In this document: positions 13,139-25,900 of the stretch, in pieces | How the letters are laid out: every line of letters begins with the position of its first letter | How positions within the stretch are numbered: the stretch's first letter is position 1 | DNA from: Rhina ancylostomus | Taxonomy: Eukaryota | Direction of reading: 5' to 3' | DNA length: 64,000 nucleotides | Assembly (NCBI GenBank): GCA_030265395.1 | Contig: JARFYF010000059.1 | Span: forward strand, 10,195,582-10,259,581 | Program-made: the position numbers and the translations under genes | The notes under the pieces: generated by a model | The model's input: the letters and a program-made list of their open reading frames with translations, nothing else | Told to the model about the DNA's origin: nothing | Database searches by the model: none

Positions 13139-14150
13139 GGCTAGAGCACTTAACGGAGTTTTTCAGCCTGTCCTGGCATGTTAAGCCTCTGCCAGAGCAA
13201 CTCTGTAGTTCCACTCTCTGTCGCCTTGTGATTTTTTTTTTCATCATATAATTATTGAATTTCATCTTGAAGGCTTCAACAGGACCTGCTTCCATCACAT
13301 CAGCAGGCAGTACATTCTGGATTCCAATTACACTCTCCGTGAAAACATTTTTTTCCCATGTCACTCTTACTTCCCTTCCTCTTTATTTTGTCCTGGTGTT
13401 CTCCAGTCCTCAAAGCTTCCACCAAAGTGAACAGTCTCCTGCTATCCATTCTGTCCAGACTGCACATCATTTTATGTACTTTAATCAAATCTTCCCTCAA
13501 CCTTTTCTTCTCCAAAGAAAATAGCCCCAGACTCTCCAATCTATCTCAGAACAGTAGTCTTCATCCCAGGAACTATTCTTGTAATTTTGTCTGGACCCTT
13601 TCCAATGCATTCACATTGTTCCTGTTATGTGGTGACCAGAAATGAACTCAGTACTCTGGTTCAAGCCAGAGCGGTGTTTTATAAAAGTTCATCATAATTT
13701 CCTTTCTTATACTCTTGGCCTCTATTGAAAAAATCCAGACCCATTTATGCCTTATTAACTGCATTCTCAACCTGCCCAGCCACTTTCAATGACTTGTGCT
13801 TACATACCTCAAGGTCTCTGTTCCTGCACTCGGTTTAAAGCAGTATGATTGCCCTTCTTATTTCTTCCTATCAAATCGCATCACCTTTTTTTTCTCCACA
13901 TTTACCTTCATCTGCCATGCATCTGCCCAATCCATTAGCCTGTTTATATCCTACTGCAATCTATCACTATCCTCTATGCTGTTATCCACAAATTTAGAAC
14001 TTGTGGCTCATACCTCTAAGTCTAGGTCATTGATATCGATGAGAAAGAAACCAAGGCCCTGACACCCAATCCTGGGGAATGCCACTATTCACCTCCTTCC
14101 AATCTGAAAAACATCTACTTGTCATGACCCTGTGTTGTCTATTACTCATA
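13139..14150 (-). mobile_element. CR1 ORF2 C-terminal relic
   Basis: Minus ORFs SLGLFSLEKKRLREDLIKVHKMM and FTESVIGIQNVLPADVMEAGPVEAFK. Confidence 0.85.
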
Positions 14151-15984
14151 TCTGTCCTATTGATTATCACTTTTGTCAGAAAAATGTGAATAAGATTCCT
14201 GATACTATTTCCTTAATAGTGTATGCCAGCATTTTTCTGACTAAATGGCCTTCAGCTCCCTGCTTTCTTTCCCTCCTTTCTTAAAGAACATGAACAAAAT
14301 AACATTTTGGCAGGATCATCCAAACTGCTACTCACCAGCTACTTTCTAGATTCTTAGAACACGTGCCACTTCTTTCCCCTCACTATCCTTGTCGAACTCT
14401 TGATAGAGATCAGCAGTCAACTTGTCTGCCAAATCCTGCATGGTGCTGACTTGATCAGAGGGTGCTGAAGACCATGTGACCAGCCTCTGCGCATCATAAT
14501 TTTCAGGGATTTATATGGACCTGCACATAGACAGAGAGATCTGTGAGAGACACTCAAGGGGTTCAGGAGTTAAATGTACTTTCAATACCATCAAAGTATT
14601 TTCTTGTGTTGCTCAAACATCTTCCTGAGTGTCACTGCCCCAACCAACAGAAAAGTATCAAAAACTTTCTAAAGTCCTCCATGAAATCTCAATTGTCAAG
14701 TGAATTTGGAAACAGGCTGTTCCATTCTACTTACTGGTTGTTAATACTGAAAAACACTGTCTTTCAGTTTTACAAACACCCCATTGTTCTCAAATTTGTT
14801 GGACTATGGTGCTACCCACCGTGCAGTATGACCTGCAGGTAATCTCGGCCTGTGATATCTGAGATCAATGAATGATTCGTACATCAAAAGGTAAAGATCA
14901 TCCCACAGTGGCCATGTAAAGACCAACAGTAGACATGCTGCCAATAATCTTAATTCAGAAATGAAATATATTGACAGTCTCAGGAAATGATTGGGGAAGT
15001 AAAAATAAAGCATTAAAAACTTTACCAAATAGAAAACAATGTAAGTTTTAGATTTTGACAGCTGAGTTGGTTAATGTATAGTGTGGTGGATCTGAAACCA
15101 TAGGCATACTTCTTAAAAACTCCATAAGGAATTCTCTGCGTCACTTCACCCACTGCCAGACTGAGCAAGAAACCCTGTTTTTTCCTAAGGTCACACTGAG
15201 TCGAAGGTCCCTTGCCAAGTGAGGGGAGAATGCTGGCGTTGCCTGGCTCACCAGAAGTGGAAGCAGCCTGCTAGCGAAAAGGCCGGGAGATGTCAAGCTT
15301 CATGGGAGCTCAGCATCGCAGAGAAGAGCCAGTGTCTGGGGCTATCAGAGGATCTGTAGTTTGGCAGTCAGTGCACATTGCCGCTGAGCTGCTGACCTTC
15401 TGACCCAAAACACTGTTAATTGCCATCAGTTATGTTTACAATGACCAGTTAGCAGTCAGGCAATTCAGACCTTAATGTTTTCCAAATCACTGGAACCTTT
15501 CCTGGAATGCTGGAATTTTCACAATTGATATGTCCCCTATCTCAGCAGCCACCTCTTGTAGAACTAGCAGATCCATGGCACCTGTCAGCCTCTATTCCCA
15601 TTGGCTTGCCTCATTTTTTTCTCTAGTAATATTGATCGTTCTAAGTTTCTCCGTCTTTTGCCTCTGATTACCTTTTGGTATGTGTACAGTCTCTTGTATG
15701 ACGATAGATACTAAACATTAGTTTGAAGTCTCAACTATTGCCTATTGTCTCATCTTCCAAGATATTCCATCAACCTTTTTAATCGTACTTTGCTAGTTTC
15801 TAAAATAATCCCAATCAAAGGTTGTTACTATTTTGCACAACTTATGAGCCCTTTCTTTCAAATTAATATCATCCTTATCTTCTTTATTTAGTAACAGATG
15901 GATTACTTTTCCCATGGAGTGTTTATTTCCCAGTGGAATGAACCTTGAGAGTTATAAAAACATCTCTTTAAATACCTGAAATTC

Positions 15985-16197
15985 AAAAAAATGCAGATGC
16001 TGGAAATCTGAAATAAAAATAGAAAATTAAGGAAATACTCAGCAGGTCAGGCAGCATCCGTGGAAAGAGAAATAGTTAATGTTTCAGCTTGAATATCTGA
16101 TGAAGGTGTATGACAAACTGACCTGAAATATTAAATCTGTTTCTCCTTCTCTTTCCTGGCCTGTTGCGTGTTTCCAATAGAATCTGTATTTATTTCC
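15985..16197. mobile_element. Penelope-derived palindromic (hairpin) element
   Basis: GAAATAAAAATAGAA...TACTCAGCAGGTCAGG...GAGAAATAGTTAATGTTTCAG is mirrored by CTGAAATATTAAATCTGTTTCTC...CCTGGCCTGTTGCGTGTTTCC...TTTATTTC. Relatives at ~17605-17775, 25468-25560, 30475-30595, 38690-38780 and 60795-60880. Confidence 0.7.
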
Positions 16198-16934
16198 TTA
16201 AATGTTTGCCTTTGCCATTCTTCTGTCATACCTTTTAATCATATTCCCAAATCTACTTTAGCCAACCCTACCCCTGTACCTATATAATTAATTTTATTTA
16301 AATTCAAGGCTCCATTTTGAGATATAAGCTTGTCACTCAACTGAATGTGAAATTCTATCCCATTACAATCATATTTCCATAATGCTCCTTTGCTTTGCAA
16401 TTTTTAATTAATCTCATTAAATAACACATGACCAGATCTAAAATAGCCTGTTCCCTTGGTGGATCAATAATGTATTTTTCTAGGAAACCGTCTTGAATGA
16501 GAATACATTCAAATGCATTTGCAATGTACATTCAAATGCATTTTGAAAATTACCTTTGCCAATTTGACATAAAGATTAAGGCCAGCCATGATTATTGTAT
16601 TACCTTTTTTGCAAATGTCCATAGTCTCTTACCTTTCCTTATTATGGAAGAAATGAATACTTACCTTTAAACCAGTACCTTTCAGAACCTCAAGAAGTCC
16701 CAAAATGCTTTACAGCTGGTAATTGTAGCAATGGTTGCAATTCAGGATTTTCACTTTTACACTTCTCTACACAGGCTTCAGCATCTGTCATGACCAGAAG
16801 TGGATGCAATATTCAATATTGAATGGCACACTATATCTTGGTGATAACTTCCTCTGATTAGTATTCAGCAGTTGTGACTATGTTGTTCAACATCCTATTA
16901 GCCTTAGTGATTACTCTCTGTAGAACAGCAACAA

Positions 16935-17210
16935 TTGGAAGTCTTGGCACTCCTCCAATTCTGGATTCCTTCACATTCCTGATTTTAATTGCTCCGCCAT
17001 TGGGAGCAGTGTTTGTAACTAACTTGGCCTGAAACCCTGGAATTCCCTCTCTGAACTGCTCCACCTCTCCCCTTCTATCTTCTGCTCTAAGGTGCTCCTT
17101 AAAACTTACCTCTTTGACCAATCATCTGGCCAATTGGTCACAGCTCACACTCAACAAAATGTTTCTATTGATAATGCTCCTTGTAAACACCTATGGTACA
17201 CTACAGCTGC
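16935..17210 (+). mobile_element. L2-type LINE 3' relic
   Basis: CTGGAATTCCCTCTCTGAAC...CTCCTTAAAACTTACCTCTTTGACCAA (WNSLP...LKTYLF). Similar relic at ~49540-49980. Confidence 0.6.
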
Positions 17211-18600
17211 TTCACAAGTGCAAACTTTGGGTGAAAAGGACAATGTGAATCAAGTTACTTCATCATCGGGTTTTAGACAATTTCCTGGGACAAAGGAAGA
17301 ACACAGTTGTCAGTGATTTAGAAAATGTGGAAATGAAAAAGACTGAAGACTAAGAGAAGGCTAACTTGGAGGGGTGGAAAAATAAATGGGGCTGATCTTG
17401 TTGGTTATTGCCAACAGTTCCAAAGAAACCATGGGCATACCGCTGAGTTAAAAGCAGTAAGCCTCAGTCTTTGGTGCATGCACTGTCAGACACAAAGGTC
17501 CGGGACTTACTGATGGATTGGGAATCAATCAGTCTGTGCCACCACTGGACTGCACATGTGGCAGGGCTCAGTTTTGGTGGGATTCCCCACCATTACGCTA
17601 GGAAATTTAAAAAAAACAGAAAATGCTGGAAATACTCAGAAGGTCAGGCAGCATCTGTGGAAAGAGAAACAGGAGTGAACATTTTGGATCAAAGACAACG
17701 AGGGGTCTTTGACCTGAAACATTCACTCGTTCTCAGCACTTCCAGATCCACAGCATCAGCAGTGTTTTGAATTTCCTTTATGCAGGAGAATCTCCTCTCT
17801 GTCCCTGCACCAGCTCTGACCTGCTACAAGATCTTAGAGCCCACCAATTTCAAAGGAGGGCAAAGGATTAAGAGACAGAGGGGAAAGTAAGTTACCGTTT
17901 TCAATTAATTTGCATGATTTTAATGTTTTTAATTATTCAAATTACCTTATCAGCCAGATGAGNNNNNNNNNNNNNNNNNNNNNNNNNNNNNNNNNNNNNN
18001 NNNNNNNNNNNNNNNNNNNNNNNNNNNNNNNNNNNNNNNNNNNNNNNNNNNNNNNNNNNNNNNNNNNNNNNNNNNNNNNNNNNNNNNNNNNNNNNNNNNN
18101 NNNNNNNNNNNNNNNNNNNNNNNNNNNNNNNNNNNNNNNNNNNNNNNNNNNNNNNNNNNNNNNNNNNNNNNNNNNNNNNNNNNNNNNNNNNNNNNNNNNN
18201 NNNNNNNNNNNNNNNNNNNNNNNNNNNNNNNNNNNNNNNNNNNNNNNNNNNNNNNNNNNNNNNNNNNNNNNNNNNNNNNNNNNNNNNNNNNNNNNNNNNN
18301 NNNNNNNNNNNNNNNNNNNNNNNNNNNNNNNNNNNNNNNNNNNNNNNNNNNNNNNNNNNNNNNNNNNNNNNNNNNNNNNNNNNNNNNNNNNNNNNNNNNN
18401 NNNNNNNNNNNNNNNNNNNNNNNNNNNNNNNNNNNNNNNNNNNNNNNNNNNNNNNNNNNNNNNNNNNNNNNNNNNNNNNNNNNNNNNNNNNNNNNNNNNN
18501 NNNNNNNNNNNNNNNNNNNNNNNNNNNNNNNNNNNNNNNNNNNNNNNNNNNNNNNNNNNNNNNNNNNNNNNNNNNNNNNNNNNNNNNNNNNNNNNNNNNN

Positions 18601-18668
18601 GGGGTTTAAAAATGGGCGGCATGGACTCGTTGGGCCGGAAGGGCCTGTTACCACGCTGTAAATAAAAT
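18601..18668 (+). mobile_element. 3' tail of the same young V-SINE family
   Basis: AAAATGGGCGGCATGGACTCGTTGGGCCGGAAGGGCCTGTTACC matches 58198-58240. Confidence 0.8.
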
Positions 18669-18699
18669 TTTTTTTTAAATGTAAAAGGCGTTTATGCTA

Positions 18700-19075
18700 G
18701 AACTGAGAGCAAAACTTGAGTTTAGCAAGAAGTTTTGGCCACTACATTACAGGAAAGATGTGATTGCACTGGGGAAAGTGTATAAGAGAGTTTACAAGGA
18801 TGTTGCCAGGACTGGAAAGTTATAGCTATGAGGAAAGATTGTTTTCTTAGAAACAAAGGATAGAGAGGGAAGTCTTAATTGATGTGTCTTGAGAGAGTAA
18901 GTTGAAAGGACCTATTTCCTTTAGCTGGGTGTCAGAGACCAGGGGGCATAGATTTGAAGTAAATGGTAAAAGATTTAGACGGAAGTTGAGGAAATATTTT
19001 TCCACCCAGAGGGTAGCAGGAATCTGAACTTCACTGCCTATGAAGGTAGTAACACTAGAAGCAATTATCGCATGC
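18700..19075 (+). mobile_element. CR1 3' fragment
   Basis: TTACAGGAAAGATGTGATTGCACTGG...TTTACAAGGATGTTGCCAGGACTGG...TTTTCCACCCAGAGGGTAG. Confidence 0.8.
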
Positions 19076-21916
19076 AGATTTGTATACTGCAGAATCACTG
19101 ACAAAAGAGCTGAGCAGCTCTTTTCAACCAGGTACAATGGGACACAGGTTGGACATGATTCCAGCTGCTGATTTTAGTAAACTTAATTATTTTTTTAAAC
19201 TTAATTTGCATGTAATTCTTTATCTCAGCCTTAATAGTTCTTAAATGTCTATGAATTTCAGGGTAATCAAAAACTTTTAAGAATCAATGTTATCTGTGAG
19301 TAGGGCTTTGTTAATTGTCAAAGACCACCAGAGGTTTCTCCAGGGTAGAGCCTCACTGCACTGCCAATGGTTCTGGCACCAGTCAGACCACACCACTAAC
19401 TCAGGGATGCAGAGGGCCAGTGAGATATCCAGACACAGTATGAAGCATGAGTAGTGATTTCCATTAGAAGATCTATCCCAATATATTTCTAACGTGTTCT
19501 TAACTGTTAGATTACAAAGGAACATTTGAGTCCCCTTAAAGTAGGTGAGTTGGCTGAACCAGAAATAGGGCAAAAGTTTTTTTTAGAAAAACTATCTCTT
19601 TACAACAATGTGCACTATATAAACATTGGTGGTGTTGCTGGCTGGTAAATGAACAGAAAAACATCCAAGTGATGAAAAGAGATTACTAATGAACCAGTCA
19701 GTAAAAGTCTGGTTCCTGAATATTCATAAAGCATCATGCAATGGAATGAATCCAAAAATACTTAAGGAAATGAGGGTTGAACCAGGGGGCTGCTTTAGAA
19801 ATATTTTGCAAGTCATTGGGGTAATGTCAAATGATTGGAAATTTTTTTCCCTACAGTCAGGATTGTGATACCAGAAATTATAAAGCTATTACTTTGGCAT
19901 CTATTATGGGACAAACAGGGAACACGATATAAATGAAGCAATTCCACGTGGTTAGAAAGATTTAAGGCTTTAGGTTGTGCCAAGGTGCCTAACCTCTATC
20001 CCAGGAAAACAGGGCATTACAACAGGCTGAAAAGGGAAAATAAAACAGGATTTCTGACATGAATCCAACACAGCTGTTAGAAACTGCAAGGATTGACAAC
20101 AAGTGGAAAACAAGACCTGTTTCACCAGTTTATCCTTATTACTAGCTTAACCAAGTCTTCTCATGTTGATCACTCTCTACTAGCTCTGGAACCATAAATA
20201 AGTCAGCCCCTTCAGAGAAGAAGCCAAAATTCCAGGGGGAGAAATATCAGAGGGATTGGATCTGAGTTTGACGGTATTATGAAGGACATTATAATGTTGA
20301 CTTTTGACATAGAACTTTGCCCAATAGAAACACAAATCCAGAAAACAGATGCACAAGTGAGACGCAGAGGTTTTCCATCTATTGCAGATGCAAAATCCTA
20401 AGGGATCCTCTTACCTCCATGCCCCTATTCCTGATTTGTGCTCCCAGTGAGCAAATTTGTAAAATTATCTCATATCTGGACTTTCAGAAGCCTTTTGATA
20501 AGGTTAATGAGGTATTTAGTGAAGTGCCCTTGGGGTAAGGCAGGAAATTCTAAACTGAACAATGAATTCTTTAAGTAGGAAATAAAAGGTAGTGATCAAT
20601 GATGATAGTTCCAATGAGTACACGGGGTGAATAGTGGGACCTCTCCTGTGTCTAATATTTATAAAAGCAGAATGCATTCTTTTACACAAGGAAGCAGGAG
20701 GGTTGCAGGAAAAGAGATATGTTCAGATATTTATAGTGGAGTTGCAAATGAATCATGAATTGATTTGCCATACGAGTACAGTCCTAGTTGTAAAACTTGA
20801 CCGGTCTGAAATTTGTCACAGTTTGTTACAGCAGTTTCAAAGGCAAACAGAACATGCAGACACATGAAGAAAACCTCAGAATGTGATCCAAGGAAAGAGC
20901 TTTGGTATTCCATAAACTATTATTAGGAATATAAATAAAGGGTTATTCCTCTATTTCGACGTTTCCAGTGGAACTGGCACTTGCTGGATTGTGCAAAAGC
21001 ACATATGCAGCTCATGAGTTTTCTGTCTACATGACGTACAGAAAATTCTCAAGGACTCATCCCCCTTTTGATCTTCACATTGAAGAAATATAATGTGGAG
21101 TATTTCATCCTGTTACAGTTGCTGTGAACACAAACAAAACACAAACAAACAGTGCTTATAAACCAAAATATAACATGTCCACATTGCATTCAGTTGCTTG
21201 TTATCATGGCAGAAGAATTACTAAATAAGACATTGAAAAGGCAAATTCAGTATAAATATGGTATGTGTTTATTCACTCTTTGCTTGACTGTAAGTGTAAG
21301 TGGGTTGGGTTCATTAAAGGCCTATAATATAATAATACATAGCATGCTAGTCATAATGAATGTCATTTTTAAAATTACTGACACTGATATTTGGCGTAAG
21401 GATGAAAATGAAAATTGATTGATCTCTTGCCAGTTTTTACAACTCAGTCAGTTAAAATGCAAGAGGTGGTAACATTGAGGTATTGAAAAGATTTGATAGG
21501 ATAGATATGGTGAAACAATTTTTTTCTTGTATTTATTTTCTGGGAATTTAACCTTAAAAGTAGAACTAGGTCATCCGTGAGTAAAATCAGGAAGCATTTC
21601 ACTCAAAGGGGATGTGGGTCAACCAGAGCTTTCAAAACCAGACACACTAAATACTTGTTAGTAAAGGTATTCACAGGATATGAAAGAAATGTAGATTGGA
21701 AGTAAAGATCAACCATAATGTAATTGAATTGGTAGGCCCAACATCCACAATGAAAAAAACGGTTTCAGAATAGTCAAACATAATATGTTTTTAAAACATA
21801 TTCTTTCGTACGAACTAAATATCTTACTGGACAATTGAAAGAGCAACTAGCCACATTTTTCTTAGTCTACACAGGCCAGTTGAGATAAGGGTGGCAGATC
21901 TCCTTCTCTGAAGGAC

Positions 21917-22273
21917 TGTCATGGTTCTGAGTATGGCCCTTGATTTGGCTCCTTTCATGCCTTGTTGTACAGCACATGGATTCCATGCTGGACTGATTGC
22001 ATAATGACATACACCTGAGCCCCATCAGGGGCCTAGCATAAGTACCTGGGTTTCTCTAGCACTAGTTNNNNNNNNNNNNNNNNNNNNNNNNNNNNNNNNN
22101 NNNNNNNNNNNNNNNNNNNNNNNNNNNNNNNNNNNNNNNNNNNNNNNNNNNNNNNNNNNNNNNNNNNGTTGCTGCTGGTGTTTGGTCCTGAGGAAGTATC
22201 CTGACTCCAGTCCTGTACCAGTGTGCCGCATTTGGGTTCTCTGTAAACTTGCTTTTTGCTCAACATTGTGACA
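21917..22273 (+). mobile_element. LTR insertion, TSD AGGAC, nested in an older SINE
   Basis: AGGAC|TGTCATGG...gap...CATTGTGACA|AGGAC. The flanks rejoin into the SINE family seen at 10625-11035. Confidence 0.9.
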
Positions 22274-24402
22274 AGGACATTGGTGTTCCAAATGGTTTAT
22301 ACGTAAATCCAGTAGTTTCAAGACCACTTCTATTGAAACTAGCTCCTTATTCTAGATTTAATTCATTATTTGAGCTTGTGCTAATGTAATTAGATTAAAA
22401 TTTGTATCTCCAGTCCAAGTTACTGAATAGTAAGTAGTTATCCTATCCACACTATGCTAGGTATTGATAAAGCTGATCAGGACAAATTCTCTAATTTATG
22501 TAACCACTCAATTTCATTGGTAGTGCATTGAACTCTATGTCAGAAAATTGTAATTTAAAGCCCAATATGGAGTACAACATTGTTGAAGATGCTATGTTTT
22601 GGATAAGAAGTTAAAGATAGGCTCTTTTTGCACAATTCAAAAAAATAGGAAATCTTTCTGGTAACCTGGACAATGGTCTTCCTTAACCAAAAACATAATC
22701 TGCTCATCCTTCCTATTTCTTGTCTGTGCAAACAAGATGGATTGCATTTGGCTGGCTTCTTTTTTTTGGCCTTATTCACATATAAATGTCAAAAAATATT
22801 TCTTCAGAACTCATGATAAGATGCTTTATAATTGCAAATTCTTTAATTTTATCATTGAAGAATTGGATGACATCAGTTTAAAATAAATTTAAAGCTTGGG
22901 CTAAAGTGAAAACTTTGTCGTTTCTTTTAACACGTGGAATAATATTGGCAAAACTCATTGAAATAAATGGAGTTAAGAGACAATTAAAGGTATTTTTTAG
23001 AGAGGCAGATACCACAAAAGAGAGTGATAAAGTAGGTGGATGAGATTGATCTAGAAATCTGCATCAAACATATAGAGCCCAAAAGATGTTTCATTGTTCA
23101 CCAGTCTGCTGTAGTGTTGATCAATCCTGTCTACATTTCTTCTTAGAAGTTCCTACTTCTCCAATCTACTATCGTGCTCAATAAAAAAGGTTGACAAACT
23201 TGGCTGATCACTACAAAATGATTAATATATTCAGGCCAAGGTTAATTTCAAAGAAAAAAGTCACAGCCAAAATAATTATTGCTAATGACTGGGGTTATGA
23301 ACTATGACAAAACTAATGGCTGCAGGTTCATTTCAGAGCCTCAGACTAAAATAACCAGATTTTGTTGGAAAGCTTTCAAATAATCTTTCTTCTCCCCTGC
23401 TCGATGAGCTTGATCATTAATCAGGAGCCTAATATGCTTTAATTGTCCTAAAGACCCAACAGTTTCATTTTTTTTTATGGTCAAAGGACCATGCAATGAC
23501 ATGGACAATGTGATTTTAGAACCCAGCAACGCAACCTTTCCTATCAAGGAACTATACTCTAAGTACAGTCTTTACATAAAGTGTATGCATGATTCTTTTA
23601 TGAAAACAATCTGAATATGAATGTTATAAATCATTAACAGGATAATAACATATGTAGTAGACTACTTTCCAATTATCCTTCTCAACAGCAGGGTAAGTGG
23701 AGGACTTCCAAGGTCAGTGCTGATCCACTTCACACCATATGTCTATACTCGTGTATGACTAACAACAGGACACAATGCATGGCATTGTACTTCACTCAAT
23801 CCCACTCACGGCCCGGGGGGCCTTGGCCAATTGTCTCACTTCAACTGCTCACCTGGATATGAAAGCCAAACACCTGCATGGTTCAATTGCCCTTCACAGT
23901 TGAATTGCTTGCCAGCATCCACTGTTCACTCACATGCTGCTCAGGTGATAGGCAGGAGGGCATTGAAATAAGTCCTCTGACTTGGCTCATCATCTTTGGG
24001 AAACTTGGATAATAAATTGAAATTACATGTACTTTCTCGCACCACCAAAGATATTGGAATAGCAGCAGAGCACATATGTTGTGTTTTGCTTCAGACCACT
24101 TTATAGTTGCTGGGGTTTAGTTATTCATGGTTTTGACACATTCTCCCCAACACACAAACCAAAACAAAGGTCAATATAAATCATTTCATTGCACGTGTGT
24201 AGGAAATCAGACTGTGTGTATCCCAGGAGGGCATCTCAAGGTCAGAATTGGGAGTCAAATTATAGAGTGTGACCATCACTATGAGTTACTGAATAACTGG
24301 AGCTAGCAGGGGGTGTGAGGCAAAATACCAGGGATGATTAATTGGAGGCATTGCACCTTCAAGTTAAGTTATGAAAAAGTCAATGCAAGTTCTGGAGACG
24401 AT

Positions 24403-24680
24403 CAGAAAGGAGACAGAAAATAGAACAAATTATAGGGAAAAGAGAACAAACTAAAGAAAAAGAGGAGCATAAAGACTGAAAGAAAAGGAAGAAGCCAAGA
24501 TGTAAGCAACAGAGCGGTAAAGGCAGTGAGACAGTGGAACAAAGAAAACAAAATGACAAAGGAAAAGAAAAAAAAGGAAGCCAAGTGACAGAGAAAAATG
24601 AAGAGGGAAGCAGTTTCCAACTGAAAACATAGAATGGGAGATGAAAAAAGACAGATTAAAAGGAAGAAGTAACAAAAGAT
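24403..24680. repeat. Purine-rich (A/G) low-complexity tract
   Basis: Strong A/G strand bias, which produces spurious Phe/Leu-rich minus-strand ORFs. Confidence 0.8.
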
Positions 24681-25561
24681 GGTTCTTTTNNNNNNNNNNN
24701 NNNNNNNNNNNNNNNNNNNNNNNNNNNNNNNNNNNNNNNNNNNNNNNNNNNNNNNNNNNNNNNNNNNNNNNNNNNNNNNNNNNNNNNNNGGTACCCCATT
24801 TTGCGAGTGTGTCGGCTGTCTCATTGCCTTGAATAAGGGAGTGGTCCGGGAACCAGATTAGGGTTATTTTGTTAGCCGCCCCTATTGTATTTAAAATGGT
24901 TTTGTCACAAAACAGAACGTTTCCAATTATTGTTAGCTATTTGTCCATTATCTGCTATTTCAGAAGTTAAATGACATAAAAAAGAATCACACAGACAAGT
25001 ACCATATTTGCACTATTGTGTTTGGGCATTGTGGATTAGTTGCAAACCTGTTTCATTGGCATGTTCTGTTTTGGTAATGAACTTAATTTTTCCATAATTT
25101 AAAATCAATTTGCATCACTGTAATCCAAAAACAAGAAGCCAATACTTTTACTATGAATTTAATGGCCTTTAAATTTTATTTTATGAGTATATTATTTAGC
25201 TGAGTTTCTGACATAATTAACAGCTCCTAGCAGAACTTCCCTCCATGTAGTACTCTTCCACCGACTCTTGTACAGATTAGCTCCTTTAACATCAATTTTC
25301 TTGGAAAATTATTGAAAGCAACATAATAGTCATTGGTACGACTGGTATTGATACATAGATTATAACAAAGCACAAAATATCTCAGTTAATATCTATGAAT
25401 CAATACACTATTTTTGAAAGTTAAATGTATCTTTCAAATGACTGTCTTAATACCTTAATTCTGCTTGGCTAATGAAGGGTCATCAACTAGAAATGTTAAC
25501 TCTGTTTCTATCTTCATAGACACAGCCTGAGTACCTTCAACGATTTCTATTTTCATTTCAC

Positions 25562-25900
25562 TTTGGCTCAGTTGGAAGTATTTTTTTGTCCCAGGTCAGA
25601 AGATTGTGGGGTTAAGCCTGCATCAAACACAAGCGCATAATTCAGACCAAGAGAAAGCAGCAAGCAGCTGCTTCATAGCCATCTTTCAGATAAAATGTTC
25701 AACTGAGGAATGGTCATATAAATATATAAAAATACCATGGTGTTACTCAAAAAAGAAATATCCTAGTGTCCCAACCAACACCAAAGAGAGGTCTTTTAGT
25801 CATTTCTAGATGGGAATTGCCTATGTAACAACAGTAACTATCCTTCTTTTGATTCAGAAACACTTAGGAACAACCCTCATTGTACGTAAATGCAACCTCT
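25562..25900 (+). mobile_element. Decayed DeuSINE (SacSINE1/AmnSINE1-like)
   Basis: TGGCTCAGTTGG head. GCCATCTTTCAGATAAAATGTTCAACTGAGG and AAAATACCATGGTG resemble the Deu domain. A matching tail relic lies at ~55280-55395. Confidence 0.55.

Noticed and set aside
16505-16545. Short tandem duplication of TACATTCAAATGCATTT
   Set aside because: Ordinary local slippage duplication inside decayed repeat sequence.
17910-18665. Long ORFs of 226-251 aa here and at 39859-40619
   Set aside because: They consist almost entirely of N-gap codons.
12002-22273. Recurring ~70-bp sequences considered as a CRISPR-like or regulatory array
   Set aside because: They are dispersed LTR ends with 5-bp TSDs in a eukaryotic genome, with no repeat-spacer periodicity.
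24402-24824. Hydrophobic 140-aa minus-strand ORF resembling a membrane protein
   Set aside because: Artefact of the purine-rich low-complexity tract and a gap.
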